Below are positions 10,295-19,860 of a stretch of 64,000 nucleotides of DNA, piece by piece; position 1 is the first letter of the stretch; the number at the start of each line of letters is the position of its first letter. The stretch is from a bacterium. GTDB lineage: Bacteria; Zhuqueibacterota; Zhuqueibacteria; Residuimicrobiales; Krinioviventaceae. The notes beneath the pieces were generated by a model. It was given only the letters and a program-made list of their open reading frames with translations. It ran no database searches and had not been told where the DNA came from. The DNA is taken from positions 3,488,001 to 3,552,000 of the forward strand of contig OY843751.1 in NCBI GenBank assembly GCA_963693055.1, in the 5' to 3' direction. The position numbers were made by a program, and so were the translations under genes.

Positions 10295-13200
10295 TTATTT
10301 TAACAAAACACATTTCTGAATCTTGAAATATCCCTCCGTCATCATCCTGATGAAATACGTACCGGATGAATGTTGCCCTGCCTGCCAGTTGATCGTGTAT
10401 CTGCCGGGAGATTTATACTCATCCACCAGCGTTTCCACCAAACCTCCATTAATGTTATATACACTCACCGATATATGCTGGACTCTAGGTACATCAAATG
10501 TTATATTTGTTGTCGGGTTAAACGGATTTGGATAATTGCCGTACAATGCAAAAGTCGTCGGTTGTTCAGACAAACCCGCAATACCAGTATCGTAACTCAA
10601 TTTGATATAATCGGTTTTAGATATTCTGGATATTCCTGTTGGTCCGCTGACCCGAAGCGATACAGTAAATGTATCCACCAGAGCGTACTGGTGCATTGGA
10701 TGCTGTCTAGTACTAAAGCTGCCGTCTCCAAAATCCCAAAACCAAAAGTCGATTTCACCAGAGGACGTATCAGAAAACTGGACCGTCAACGGAGCAGTCC
10801 CTTCAGTGACATCAGCAGTAAACCCTACTATGGGTGCTGGTTCAAACACAATGATATAATCTTCTTTTACGATCTGGTCGGATCTGTCAGGACCGAATAC
10901 GATTAGTGTTACATCAAAAGTATCCGCTGTGGTGTATTGATGCACAGGATTCTGTTCCGTACTGGTAGTACCATCTCCAAAATCCCATGACCAGGTATTG
11001 ATTGATCCGGTGGATTCATCCGTAAAGTGGACTGTTAATGGATTCACTCCGCTTGTGGTATCGGCACTGAATTCCGCAATCAGGTTGGAATCCTTTATGT
11101 AAATCGTATCAATTTTGCTGTCTGTGCCCTGCGTACTGCTGACAGTCAGGGTGACATAATACGTATCCGGAAGGACGTATGTATGCCCCGGGTTCTTTTC
11201 AGTACTGCTCTTGCCATCACCGAAATCCCAGTTCCAGCTTTCAATGTATCCCGAGGACTGGTCCATGAACTGAACAGTTATTGGTGCTCTTCCGGTTTCA
11301 GGTTGATAGGTAAAATTTGCCACCGGCGGGCTCTGCTCAATGTCAAATAATAAAATATATGGGAACCTTTCGCCTGCCTCCAGGTAATCTCCCAATACCA
11401 GTTCACCGGGTGTGACATTTATTTTGTAGATCGGAAAATAACTGCTTCTTTCTCCTAAAAACATTTGATCTTGAGTGTAAACCAAACTATTTCTCATCCA
11501 ATCTGGTAAAACCCAGGAATATTTCAAAAACACAACATAAACAGTGCCGGCCCCCTTGACCTTTACAGTGAGTAAAGAATCTGGGGTGCTATCAAGTACA
11601 TTATATGGGGTTTTGAGCCAAACCAGACCTTTTAAACTGTCAGGAATGGATTCAATATAATACGGCCGGTCTGTGTTATACTTGTCACCCTCTTGCAGAT
11701 ATTCTAATTCACAATGCACTGTATCATTAATCGAAATCAGGGGTATAGGCTGTTTTTCAACAACACGATAGGCATTTACATCAATTGCATTCGGTAAATA
11801 ATAACCATCCAGATTTTCATAAAACACATTATAGCCGGGTTGTTCATCAAACCCGAACCAAAGTGAGAGTTTGCTGGCTTTTTGGGAACCTGGAGTATTG
11901 CTGAGTATCGAAAACAATGTATCTGCATTGCATATAGAAGTCAAGTTTTCCCAGTTTTCCATATCAACATTGTGTTGATTGGTTATAGCATCTCCAATGG
12001 CTGCCTGGGGTGAGGTGGTACCAGAACCTTTACCAATAGCTGAAACAGGAGCTATTTCCATACCCATTTTCATTTTCACAGGTTTGTCCGTATCAACTCT
12101 GTTTATGAGCTCAAGATGATACAAATAGGGTTGTTTTAGAGATTGAATATAATGGCCTGCATTATCATCATTCAACATACCTATTAATTCGTTTTGGGAA
12201 ACAGGATCATAACCAGATTCCACAGTTGACGCATAAAGCTGATCTGAAACCAGATGATAGCCACTAATAGAAATACCCGTTAATCCACTACTAAATTGTT
12301 CATGGATTAAATTGCTGCCAAGGGATTCATCGAGTCCTATCCAGAATTGAAAACCAGCAGATGTGTGCATTTGCCAATCCCCACTTAATCCAACATACAT
12401 AGTACTTGAGCCACAATATTGTGTATAATCCTTCCAATAGGTATCTTCTTCATCATTTAAATAAAGAAAACCACTTTCATTGGAACCGATTTCTACTGAC
12501 TCCCACAAACCATCAACATCTATACTTGCTTTACCAATTAAAACCGGGACACTCTGGTTAAAATACAATTTGGTAGTTGAGCCACCAGCATAATCATCCA
12601 TTGGACCAGACATGCTAATACGATATATATGTTTCTGGGTGAATAAATGTTTAAATTCTTCAAGGCCATTTTCAGTTAACAACCGGTCTAAGCCAATATG
12701 ATCAATATCATGATTATTGATTTCTTCCTCGCAATGCGCGTCAGTAATACGATAAGCTTGAATGGTTATAGAGGCACCATCAGGTCTATCAACATAATAC
12801 CCTCTTATCTGATTTCCTACTGATGGAATCTGACACACCCATATATCCAGTTCAATAGGTTCTTCATTCTGCTCAATTGCGCTAAAATCTACATGGATAC
12901 TGTTTTCTAAATAACGATAAGTCTTGGCAATATCCAGCCAGGTGTTTGTATTTGATGCATTAAAAACAAATCCTTCTTTGGAGCCGTTTTGCATAATTGC
13001 TGTTTTCTCATCTGTTGTATTGCCGCACCTGGCTAATATAGGCTGGTAGTAAAGACCCACATATAATCCAACACTTACAAGAGAATCAGGAATAACAGGG
13101 CCGGTAATGCGTATACGATAAGCATTATGATATGTAAATTGATCGGAAAATTCCTGTGCTCCATCACTGGTTAATATTTGATCGAACTCTCTTTTTGTTA

Positions 13201-13360
13201 CTTGTTGATATTCAATAGGAATTTCAAAGTTAAAACGTTCTTCATTCACCTGTTCAACATCATCTTGATTGGACTGGTTTTGAAGATCATTTTCCTGCGC
13301 AAATCCCATTTGGAACATAATTAAACATAAACTAAGTACCACTATCTGCCAAAATCTCAT
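10295..13360 (-). CDS. Secreted PKD-repeat protein with T9SS-type C-terminal sorting domain (paralogue C)
   Basis: Same architecture as its neighbours; 1021 aa. Confidence 0.9.
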   Translation of the reverse strand: MRFWQIVVLSLCLIMFQMGFAQENDLQNQSNQDDVEQVNEERFNFEIPIEYQQVTKREFDQILTSDGAQEFSDQFTYHNAYRIRITGPVIPDSLVSVGLYVGLYYQPILARCGNTTDEKTAIMQNGSKEGFVFNASNTNTWLDIAKTYRYLENSIHVDFSAIEQNEEPIELDIWVCQIPSVGNQIRGYYVDRPDGASITIQAYRITDAHCEEEINNHDIDHIGLDRLLTENGLEEFKHLFTQKHIYRISMSGPMDDYAGGSTTKLYFNQSVPVLIGKASIDVDGLWESVEIGSNESGFLYLNDEEDTYWKDYTQYCGSSTMYVGLSGDWQMHTSAGFQFWIGLDESLGSNLIHEQFSSGLTGISISGYHLVSDQLYASTVESGYDPVSQNELIGMLNDDNAGHYIQSLKQPYLYHLELINRVDTDKPVKMKMGMEIAPVSAIGKGSGTTSPQAAIGDAITNQHNVDMENWENLTSICNADTLFSILSNTPGSQKASKLSLWFGFDEQPGYNVFYENLDGYYLPNAIDVNAYRVVEKQPIPLISINDTVHCELEYLQEGDKYNTDRPYYIESIPDSLKGLVWLKTPYNVLDSTPDSLLTVKVKGAGTVYVVFLKYSWVLPDWMRNSLVYTQDQMFLGERSSYFPIYKINVTPGELVLGDYLEAGERFPYILLFDIEQSPPVANFTYQPETGRAPITVQFMDQSSGYIESWNWDFGDGKSSTEKNPGHTYVLPDTYYVTLTVSSTQGTDSKIDTIYIKDSNLIAEFSADTTSGVNPLTVHFTDESTGSINTWSWDFGDGTTSTEQNPVHQYTTADTFDVTLIVFGPDRSDQIVKEDYIIVFEPAPIVGFTADVTEGTAPLTVQFSDTSSGEIDFWFWDFGDGSFSTRQHPMHQYALVDTFTVSLRVSGPTGISRISKTDYIKLSYDTGIAGLSEQPTTFALYGNYPNPFNPTTNITFDVPRVQHISVSVYNINGGLVETLVDEYKSPGRYTINWQAGQHSSGTYFIRMMTEGYFKIQKCVLLK

Positions 13361-13391
13361 TTAAAATCCTTTTCAATAAAATAATAATCCA

Positions 13392-13413
13392 TGGCCCATT
13401 TTTAAACGAGCTA
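13392..13413 (-). repeat. Conserved intergenic hairpin, copy 2 (degenerate)
   Basis: Minus strand TAGCTCGTTT-AA-AAATGGGCCA followed by TGGATTATTAT. Confidence 0.55.
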
Positions 13414-13425
13414 AAGTCAATCAGA

Positions 13426-16400
13426 TTATTTCAACAAAATACATTTCTGAATTTTACTATATCCCTCTGTCACCATCCGGATGAAATACGTTCCGGATGA
13501 ATGATGCCCCGCCTGCCAGTTGATCGTGTACCTGCCGGGGGATTTGTGCTCATCTACCAGCGTTTCAACCAGGCTGCCGTTCACATTGTAAATACTCACT
13601 TTGACATGTTGGGCGGCTGGAACATCGAATGTGATATTCGTTGTTGGATTAAAGGGATTGGGATAATTACCGTACAACGCAAAGCTGGTTGGTTGTTCGG
13701 ACAAGCCCGCAATACCGGTCGGGAATTGTACCGAAATATAATCCGTTTTTACTAAATTCGCTGACCCTCCCGGTCCCGTAACCGTCAACGCTACTGTGTA
13801 GGTATCTACTTTTGAGTATACGTGCTGTGGATTTTGATCTGTACTTGAACTTCCGTCACCAAAATCCCATAACCACGAAGTTATAACCCCGGAAGACGTA
13901 TCTGAGAATTGAACGGTTAATGGAACAGATCCTTCTGTTATATCCGCGGTAAACTGCGCTACCGGTACAGGTTCTACAACAACAATATAATCTTCTTTTA
14001 CAACCTGGTCCGACCCACCGGGACCACTTACTGTCAATGATACATCAAAGGAATCAGCAGAGGTGTATACATGCACAGGATGTTGTTCGGTACTGGTAGA
14101 ACCATCGCCAAAATCCCAGCTCCACGTATCAACCATGCCTGGGGATTCATCTGTAAACGAAACAGTCAATGGTTTATCTCCGCTTTTGATATCAGCATGA
14201 AAAGCTGCTACCGGAACTGTATATGTTACAATGACTGTATCGGTTTTGCTGTCAACACCAACCGCATTGCTGATAGTCAGGATAACATGATAGGTATCCG
14301 CAACTGCATAGATATGCTCAGGATTTTGCTCGGTGCTGCTCTCGCCATCGCCAAAATCCCATGCCCAATTTTCTATGAATCCTGTGGACTGGTCCGTAAA
14401 CTGCATGGTCAGGGGTTCCGATCCTGATTTGCGTTGATATTTAAAATCAGCAACCGGTGGCAATCCTTCAGGTATTTCAAACAGCACTACATATGGACAT
14501 CTGTAACTTTCATCTTGGTTACCTCCCAATATCAGCTCACCGGGTGTTACCTCTTTTTTATAGACAGGAAAATAACTACTCGTTTCACTTAGATAAATTT
14601 TATATGACGTTAAAACAAAATCCTTACTCATCCAACCCGGCAAATACCATTCAGGATTAATATAGGCAATATAAACAGTACCACTGGCCTTGATGTTCAC
14701 AGCAAGTAAAGAATCAGAACTGCCATTAAATTCATTGTATGAGGTTTTTAACCAAACCAGACCTTTTAGTTCCTCAGGTATGGATTGAATAGAATACTGC
14801 CGGTCTGTGTAATAATTGTCTCCTTCTTGCAGGTATTCAAATGCATAATTTAATGAATCCTCAACCCCTATCAGGGTTATGGGTTGCTTTTCAACTACAC
14901 GATAGGCATTCACATTGATTATATCTGGTAGAAAATAGCCATCCAGGTTTTCATAAAACAATTCATGACCGGGAGGATCATCAAACCCGAACCAGAGAGA
15001 GAGTTGGCTGGCTTTTTGGGAACCCGAATTATTGCTGAGTATCGTAAACAATGTATCATTATTACAAATGCTTGTCAGATCTTCCCAATTTTCCATGTCT
15101 ACATTGTATTGATTATTAATTGCATCTCCAATGGCTGCCTGAGGTGTTGTATTACCTGAACCTTTACCAATGGCTGAAACAGGTGCCAAGTCCAGACCCA
15201 TTTTCATTTTCACAGGCTTGTCAGTATCTATACCGTTTATGAGTTCAATATTATAGAGATAGGGTTTATCCATGATAGAAATAAAATCACCTGCATCATC
15301 ATCATTCAACATGCTTTTTAACTCGTTTTGGGAAATGGGATCAAAACCAAAATCCATGGTAGACGCATATTGCTGATCTGAAACCAGGTGCCAACCATCG
15401 ATATAAATACGCGTTAATCCATTCCTAAATTGTTCATGGTTCAAATAGCTGCCTAGAGATTCATCCAATCCTATCCAGAATATGAAATTGGGTCGTGAGT
15501 GCGAAATATCATCTTCCACCAAAAGAACATACATAGAGTTTTCGCCACACAATTGTGTAAAATCAGTCCAAATATAATATTCTTCTGTATTGAAATTATA
15601 AAGATCAACAGAACTGGGACCAATTTTTACGTAATCGTGACTGTTGGAATAAATTTTTGTGACTTTGCCAACCAAAACCGGGACATTCTGATTAAAATTC
15701 AACTTTGACAGAGAGCCATATGAATATAGATTGGTTGGACCATTCAAATGAATCCGATAAATATGTTTCTGAGTAAATAAATGTTTAAAATCATCAACAC
15801 CCTCATCAGATAGCAACTGGTCCAAACCAATCCTATCAATATCTTGATTATTAATTGCTACAGAACTGTGCGCATCAATAATGTCATATGCCTGAATGGT
15901 TATAGAAGCACCATTCGCTTCATCATAATAATAACCAACAACACTATCTCTAACTTTTATAGTCTGACACACCCATATGTCAAGCTCAATGGGTTCCTCA
16001 TTTTGAGCAATTGCACTCAAAGTAACGAAAAAATAATCGTCGTTAACGTGATAAGGCTCGAGAATATTTAACCATGTATTGGTATTTGAAGCATCAAAAA
16101 CAAAACCATCATTTTCACAAAATTGTATTTTGGCTGTTTTATTATCTGTGGTATTCTGGCTTTTTCCAATAACAAGTTGGTTAAAAGAACTAAGATTTAA
16201 ACGAAAACGGACGATTGTATCATTATTCACAGGACCGGTTATATGAATACGAAATGCATTATGAAACTCAAATCGATCTGAAAAAGCTTGTGCTCCATCA
16301 TCCGTCAGGATTTGATCAAATTCGCTTTTCGTTAACTGCTTATATTCTATTGGAATATTAAATTTAATAGATTCATCATCAACATTGTCAATATCTTGCT

Positions 16401-16494
16401 GCTCTTTTATTGTATCAAGGTCATTCTCTTTCGCAAAACCCAAACAACATCCAAAGCAAATTACAACCAGAATAAAAATCTGCCAAAACTTCAT
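13426..16494 (-). CDS. Secreted PKD-repeat protein with T9SS-type C-terminal sorting domain (paralogue B)
   Basis: Same architecture; 1022 aa. Confidence 0.9.
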   Translation of the reverse strand: MKFWQIFILVVICFGCCLGFAKENDLDTIKEQQDIDNVDDESIKFNIPIEYKQLTKSEFDQILTDDGAQAFSDRFEFHNAFRIHITGPVNNDTIVRFRLNLSSFNQLVIGKSQNTTDNKTAKIQFCENDGFVFDASNTNTWLNILEPYHVNDDYFFVTLSAIAQNEEPIELDIWVCQTIKVRDSVVGYYYDEANGASITIQAYDIIDAHSSVAINNQDIDRIGLDQLLSDEGVDDFKHLFTQKHIYRIHLNGPTNLYSYGSLSKLNFNQNVPVLVGKVTKIYSNSHDYVKIGPSSVDLYNFNTEEYYIWTDFTQLCGENSMYVLLVEDDISHSRPNFIFWIGLDESLGSYLNHEQFRNGLTRIYIDGWHLVSDQQYASTMDFGFDPISQNELKSMLNDDDAGDFISIMDKPYLYNIELINGIDTDKPVKMKMGLDLAPVSAIGKGSGNTTPQAAIGDAINNQYNVDMENWEDLTSICNNDTLFTILSNNSGSQKASQLSLWFGFDDPPGHELFYENLDGYFLPDIINVNAYRVVEKQPITLIGVEDSLNYAFEYLQEGDNYYTDRQYSIQSIPEELKGLVWLKTSYNEFNGSSDSLLAVNIKASGTVYIAYINPEWYLPGWMSKDFVLTSYKIYLSETSSYFPVYKKEVTPGELILGGNQDESYRCPYVVLFEIPEGLPPVADFKYQRKSGSEPLTMQFTDQSTGFIENWAWDFGDGESSTEQNPEHIYAVADTYHVILTISNAVGVDSKTDTVIVTYTVPVAAFHADIKSGDKPLTVSFTDESPGMVDTWSWDFGDGSTSTEQHPVHVYTSADSFDVSLTVSGPGGSDQVVKEDYIVVVEPVPVAQFTADITEGSVPLTVQFSDTSSGVITSWLWDFGDGSSSTDQNPQHVYSKVDTYTVALTVTGPGGSANLVKTDYISVQFPTGIAGLSEQPTSFALYGNYPNPFNPTTNITFDVPAAQHVKVSIYNVNGSLVETLVDEHKSPGRYTINWQAGHHSSGTYFIRMVTEGYSKIQKCILLK

Positions 16495-16526
16495 TTCAAC
16501 CCCGTTTCGAAAATAAATATTAATCC

Positions 16527-16550
16527 CTGGCCCGCTTTTAAACGGACCAG
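16527..16550 (-). repeat. Conserved intergenic hairpin, copy 3
   Basis: Minus strand CTGGTCCG-TTTAAAAG-CGGGCCAG followed by GGATTAATAT. Confidence 0.7.
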
Positions 16551-16562
16551 AGAATAATCAGA

Positions 16563-19500
16563 TTATTTCAACAATATACATTTCTGGATCTTGGAATATC
16601 CCTCTGTCACCATCCGGATAAAGTATGTTCCAGATGACCGGTTGCTCGCCTGCCAATTGATCGTGTATCTGCCGGGAGATTTGTGTTCGTCTACCAGCGT
16701 TTCAACCAGACTGCCATTCACGTTGTAAATGCTCACCTTGACATGCTGTGCGGCCGGAACATCGAAGGTGATATTCGTTGTTGGATTAAACGGATTGGGA
16801 TAATTGCCGTACAATGCAAAAGTCGTTGGTTGTTCGGACAAGCCCGCAATACCAGTTGGGAATTGTACTGAAATATAATCCGTTTTTGACAGCTTTGATA
16901 CGCCTCCAGGTCCTGTGACCGTTAGCGTAACCGTATAGGTATCCACTTTGGTGTAGACATGACTCGGGTTCTGCGCGGTACTGGTGAGTCCGTCTCCAAA
17001 CTGCCACAACCACGATATTATAGCTCCGGAAGAAGTATCTGAGAATTGGACTGTCATGGGTACAGATCCTTCAATGATATCTGCAGTAAAGCCTGCAACA
17101 GGCAAAGGCTCAATTGTAATAATATAATTTTTCTTTTCAACCTGATCCGTTCCACTGGGACCGCTAACCGTCAGTTTTACATTGAATGTATCTACAGTCG
17201 TGTATTCATGTACGGGATTTTGTTCGGTACTGGTAGAGCCATCACCAAAATCCCAGCTCCACGCATTGATAGAGCCTGATGATTCGTCAGTAAATGTAAC
17301 TGTTAATGGATTATCTCCACTTGTAGTATCTGCGCTGAACGCAGCAACCGGAGCTGCATCGGTTACATATACTGTATCGGTTTTGCTGTCACTACCGTCA
17401 GTACTGCTGACAGTCAGAGTTACATAATAGCTATCCGCTGTAGCATAGGTATGTTCGGGATTTTGCTCAGTGCTGCTCTCACCATCACCGAAATCCCATG
17501 CCCAATCTTCTACAAATCCTGTGGACTGGTCTGTAAACTGTACGGTCAAGGGTGCCGTACCGGATTTGGGCAGGTGGGTAAAATCCGCAATCGGTGGCAG
17601 CGTCTCGGGAATATCCAACAGCACAACATACTGGCTTTCAGCTCCATTTGCACCCTCGGCAAGGTTGCCGCCAAGCACCAAATCACCCGAACTTACTTGT
17701 TTTTTATATAAATCGAAATATTCTGCTTCATCGCTGATCCCAATCTGATCTCCAGTAGCTGTATATTGGTCAGCAATCCAGTTTGGCAAAGATGCAGCAC
17801 GGCTGTCATAAGCAATGTAAACAGTACCGTTGCCATTTAAACGTACTGCACACAAGGTGTCTGAGATATTACTCTTTTGTTCATTGGGCATTTGCAGCCA
17901 CAACAATCCCTGTAGACTATCAGGAACTGATGTGATATAGTATCCCCGATCAGTGTAATAGCTGTCACCTGCCTGTAGAAAACCCGGTTGATACAGAACA
18001 GAATCACCTGATGTGATTTGTTGTTTCACCGTGTCGGTAGTAATACGATACGGCAAAATAATGATAGAGTCAGGATACTCGTAACCCATTAAATTTTGAA
18101 AAATAATCGAGTTTCCTGGCATTTCATCAAATCCAAACCAGAGAGACAGTTCAGCAGCATTTACAGCATTTTGTTCATTAGTCAAGATTGTATATAATTC
18201 TGCTGAATTGCAGATATCTGATAAATTTTCCCAACCATCAATACTCACATTATGTTGGTTGTTTATTGCATTACCAATAGCAGACTGGGGATTTATCTGG
18301 CCGTTCCCTTTACCAATAGCCGCATTGGGAGAAGAATCCAACTCCATAGCAAGTTTTACAGAATTCTCAAAATCCAGTGAACCTTTTAACACAATATTTA
18401 ATAAATTGCCTTGAGTAAATTGATCGGCAAAAGCCTCTGCACCGTCATTTTTCAACAACTCTTTGAATTGGTTTTGCGTTATAGGATTATAACCAAAAAT
18501 TTCGGTTTGTTTATCATTTTGTAACGTATACCCAGTTATGGTAAAAATATCAGGATAATTTGTATTGTCATTATTTTTATCAAAGGTAATATACTCACCC
18601 AACGATTTATCAAAACTCATCCACAAAACAACACCCGTAGTGTCTAGCGGATTATTAGTTGATAATTCAGTCTTGAAATACAATTCTTGAGTAGATAAAT
18701 AATCAATTTCCTGCCAATTCACATCATTCATTTCAACAGCACTATCAGAATCTGGCCCTATTTTACAAATATTACCATTGCTGGAGATGGCCCTGCCAAT
18801 AACTGCCAGCGGAGTCTGCTTCAGATTAGCAGTAATATATTCCACAACAGTTTCATGGCTATACTCTTTGGGTAACCCCGCAATCTTGAACTCGTAAACA
18901 TAAGGTGCATCTAATTTTTCCAAATATTGAGATGGCAACGTATTGCTCATATAATTATTAAAATCAGACCTGGTAATAGTATGCCGATCTATAATTGCAG
19001 TATGATCAGTAGTATAGGCATTAATAATAAACCTGGGCTCACAATCTCCATAGTCTTCATAAACAATCTCGTCCCCTATAGATGCATACGAACCAATCCA
19101 AATATGTAATTTTGATTGATGATGCATTTGAGGATGTGCAAGCATTGAAAAATAGATCCTTTTATTTGCAAAGTATTTTGTAATATTGAACCATTCAACG
19201 TTTTCTTGATAATCTAACATTAAACATGAATCAGGATCGGTCAAATAAGACAAATTAATTCCCAAATCAACGCTACCTTCATTTCCTGGCTCCGAATCAA
19301 GTCTACCAATCACTAAAGATGGTACAGATTCAAGTTTCCATAGAAAATCAGTAATTGTATCATATACATAAGCTCCACTTATTTCTATTTTATAAACAAA
19401 TGGATAATTAGGCAAGTTTGCAAACCCATCTGCCTCACCTTCTTTTATTAATTCCTCAAGTTCTGCTCGAGGTATATATTCATGTTCAAAAGATATTCTT

Positions 19501-19577
19501 TTCTCATTTTCTTGTGCAAAACCAAAATTTACAATCACACAGCACACCAATAAAAAACACATCATAATATGTTTCAT
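16563..19577 (-). CDS. Secreted PKD-repeat protein with T9SS-type C-terminal sorting domain (paralogue A, first in array)
   Basis: Same architecture; 1004 aa; most divergent N-terminus. Confidence 0.9.
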   Translation of the reverse strand: MKHIMMCFLLVCCVIVNFGFAQENEKRISFEHEYIPRAELEELIKEGEADGFANLPNYPFVYKIEISGAYVYDTITDFLWKLESVPSLVIGRLDSEPGNEGSVDLGINLSYLTDPDSCLMLDYQENVEWFNITKYFANKRIYFSMLAHPQMHHQSKLHIWIGSYASIGDEIVYEDYGDCEPRFIINAYTTDHTAIIDRHTITRSDFNNYMSNTLPSQYLEKLDAPYVYEFKIAGLPKEYSHETVVEYITANLKQTPLAVIGRAISSNGNICKIGPDSDSAVEMNDVNWQEIDYLSTQELYFKTELSTNNPLDTTGVVLWMSFDKSLGEYITFDKNNDNTNYPDIFTITGYTLQNDKQTEIFGYNPITQNQFKELLKNDGAEAFADQFTQGNLLNIVLKGSLDFENSVKLAMELDSSPNAAIGKGNGQINPQSAIGNAINNQHNVSIDGWENLSDICNSAELYTILTNEQNAVNAAELSLWFGFDEMPGNSIIFQNLMGYEYPDSIIILPYRITTDTVKQQITSGDSVLYQPGFLQAGDSYYTDRGYYITSVPDSLQGLLWLQMPNEQKSNISDTLCAVRLNGNGTVYIAYDSRAASLPNWIADQYTATGDQIGISDEAEYFDLYKKQVSSGDLVLGGNLAEGANGAESQYVVLLDIPETLPPIADFTHLPKSGTAPLTVQFTDQSTGFVEDWAWDFGDGESSTEQNPEHTYATADSYYVTLTVSSTDGSDSKTDTVYVTDAAPVAAFSADTTSGDNPLTVTFTDESSGSINAWSWDFGDGSTSTEQNPVHEYTTVDTFNVKLTVSGPSGTDQVEKKNYIITIEPLPVAGFTADIIEGSVPMTVQFSDTSSGAIISWLWQFGDGLTSTAQNPSHVYTKVDTYTVTLTVTGPGGVSKLSKTDYISVQFPTGIAGLSEQPTTFALYGNYPNPFNPTTNITFDVPAAQHVKVSIYNVNGSLVETLVDEHKSPGRYTINWQASNRSSGTYFIRMVTEGYSKIQKCILLK

Positions 19578-19860
19578 AGATCCATCCCCTTAAATTATTT
19601 TAAATTATTAAATAAAAAACAACATGGCAATATAGACAATTGCCCAAAATGTTAAATAGAAATGAAATTGTAGTTTTAAAAAGTGGGGAAATTCTTGACC
19701 CGCCCCTAAAAAGCAGGAAAAAATCTTGTTTATATAACTGAAATCATATATACTATATATTATCAGTTAGTTAATATTACAAAATTTTTCCAATGAATGC
19801 AAATATTTTTTTTAAAATAAAATATATCTGCATCTCTTCTTATTCAATGGAGGATCTGTT

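Noticed and set aside
7160-19577. PKD array as a diversity-generating retroelement target or integron cassette array
   Set aside because: No reverse transcriptase or integrase in the window, no adenine-specific TR/VR pair seen, and the spacers lack attC RYYYAAC/GTTRRRY ends.
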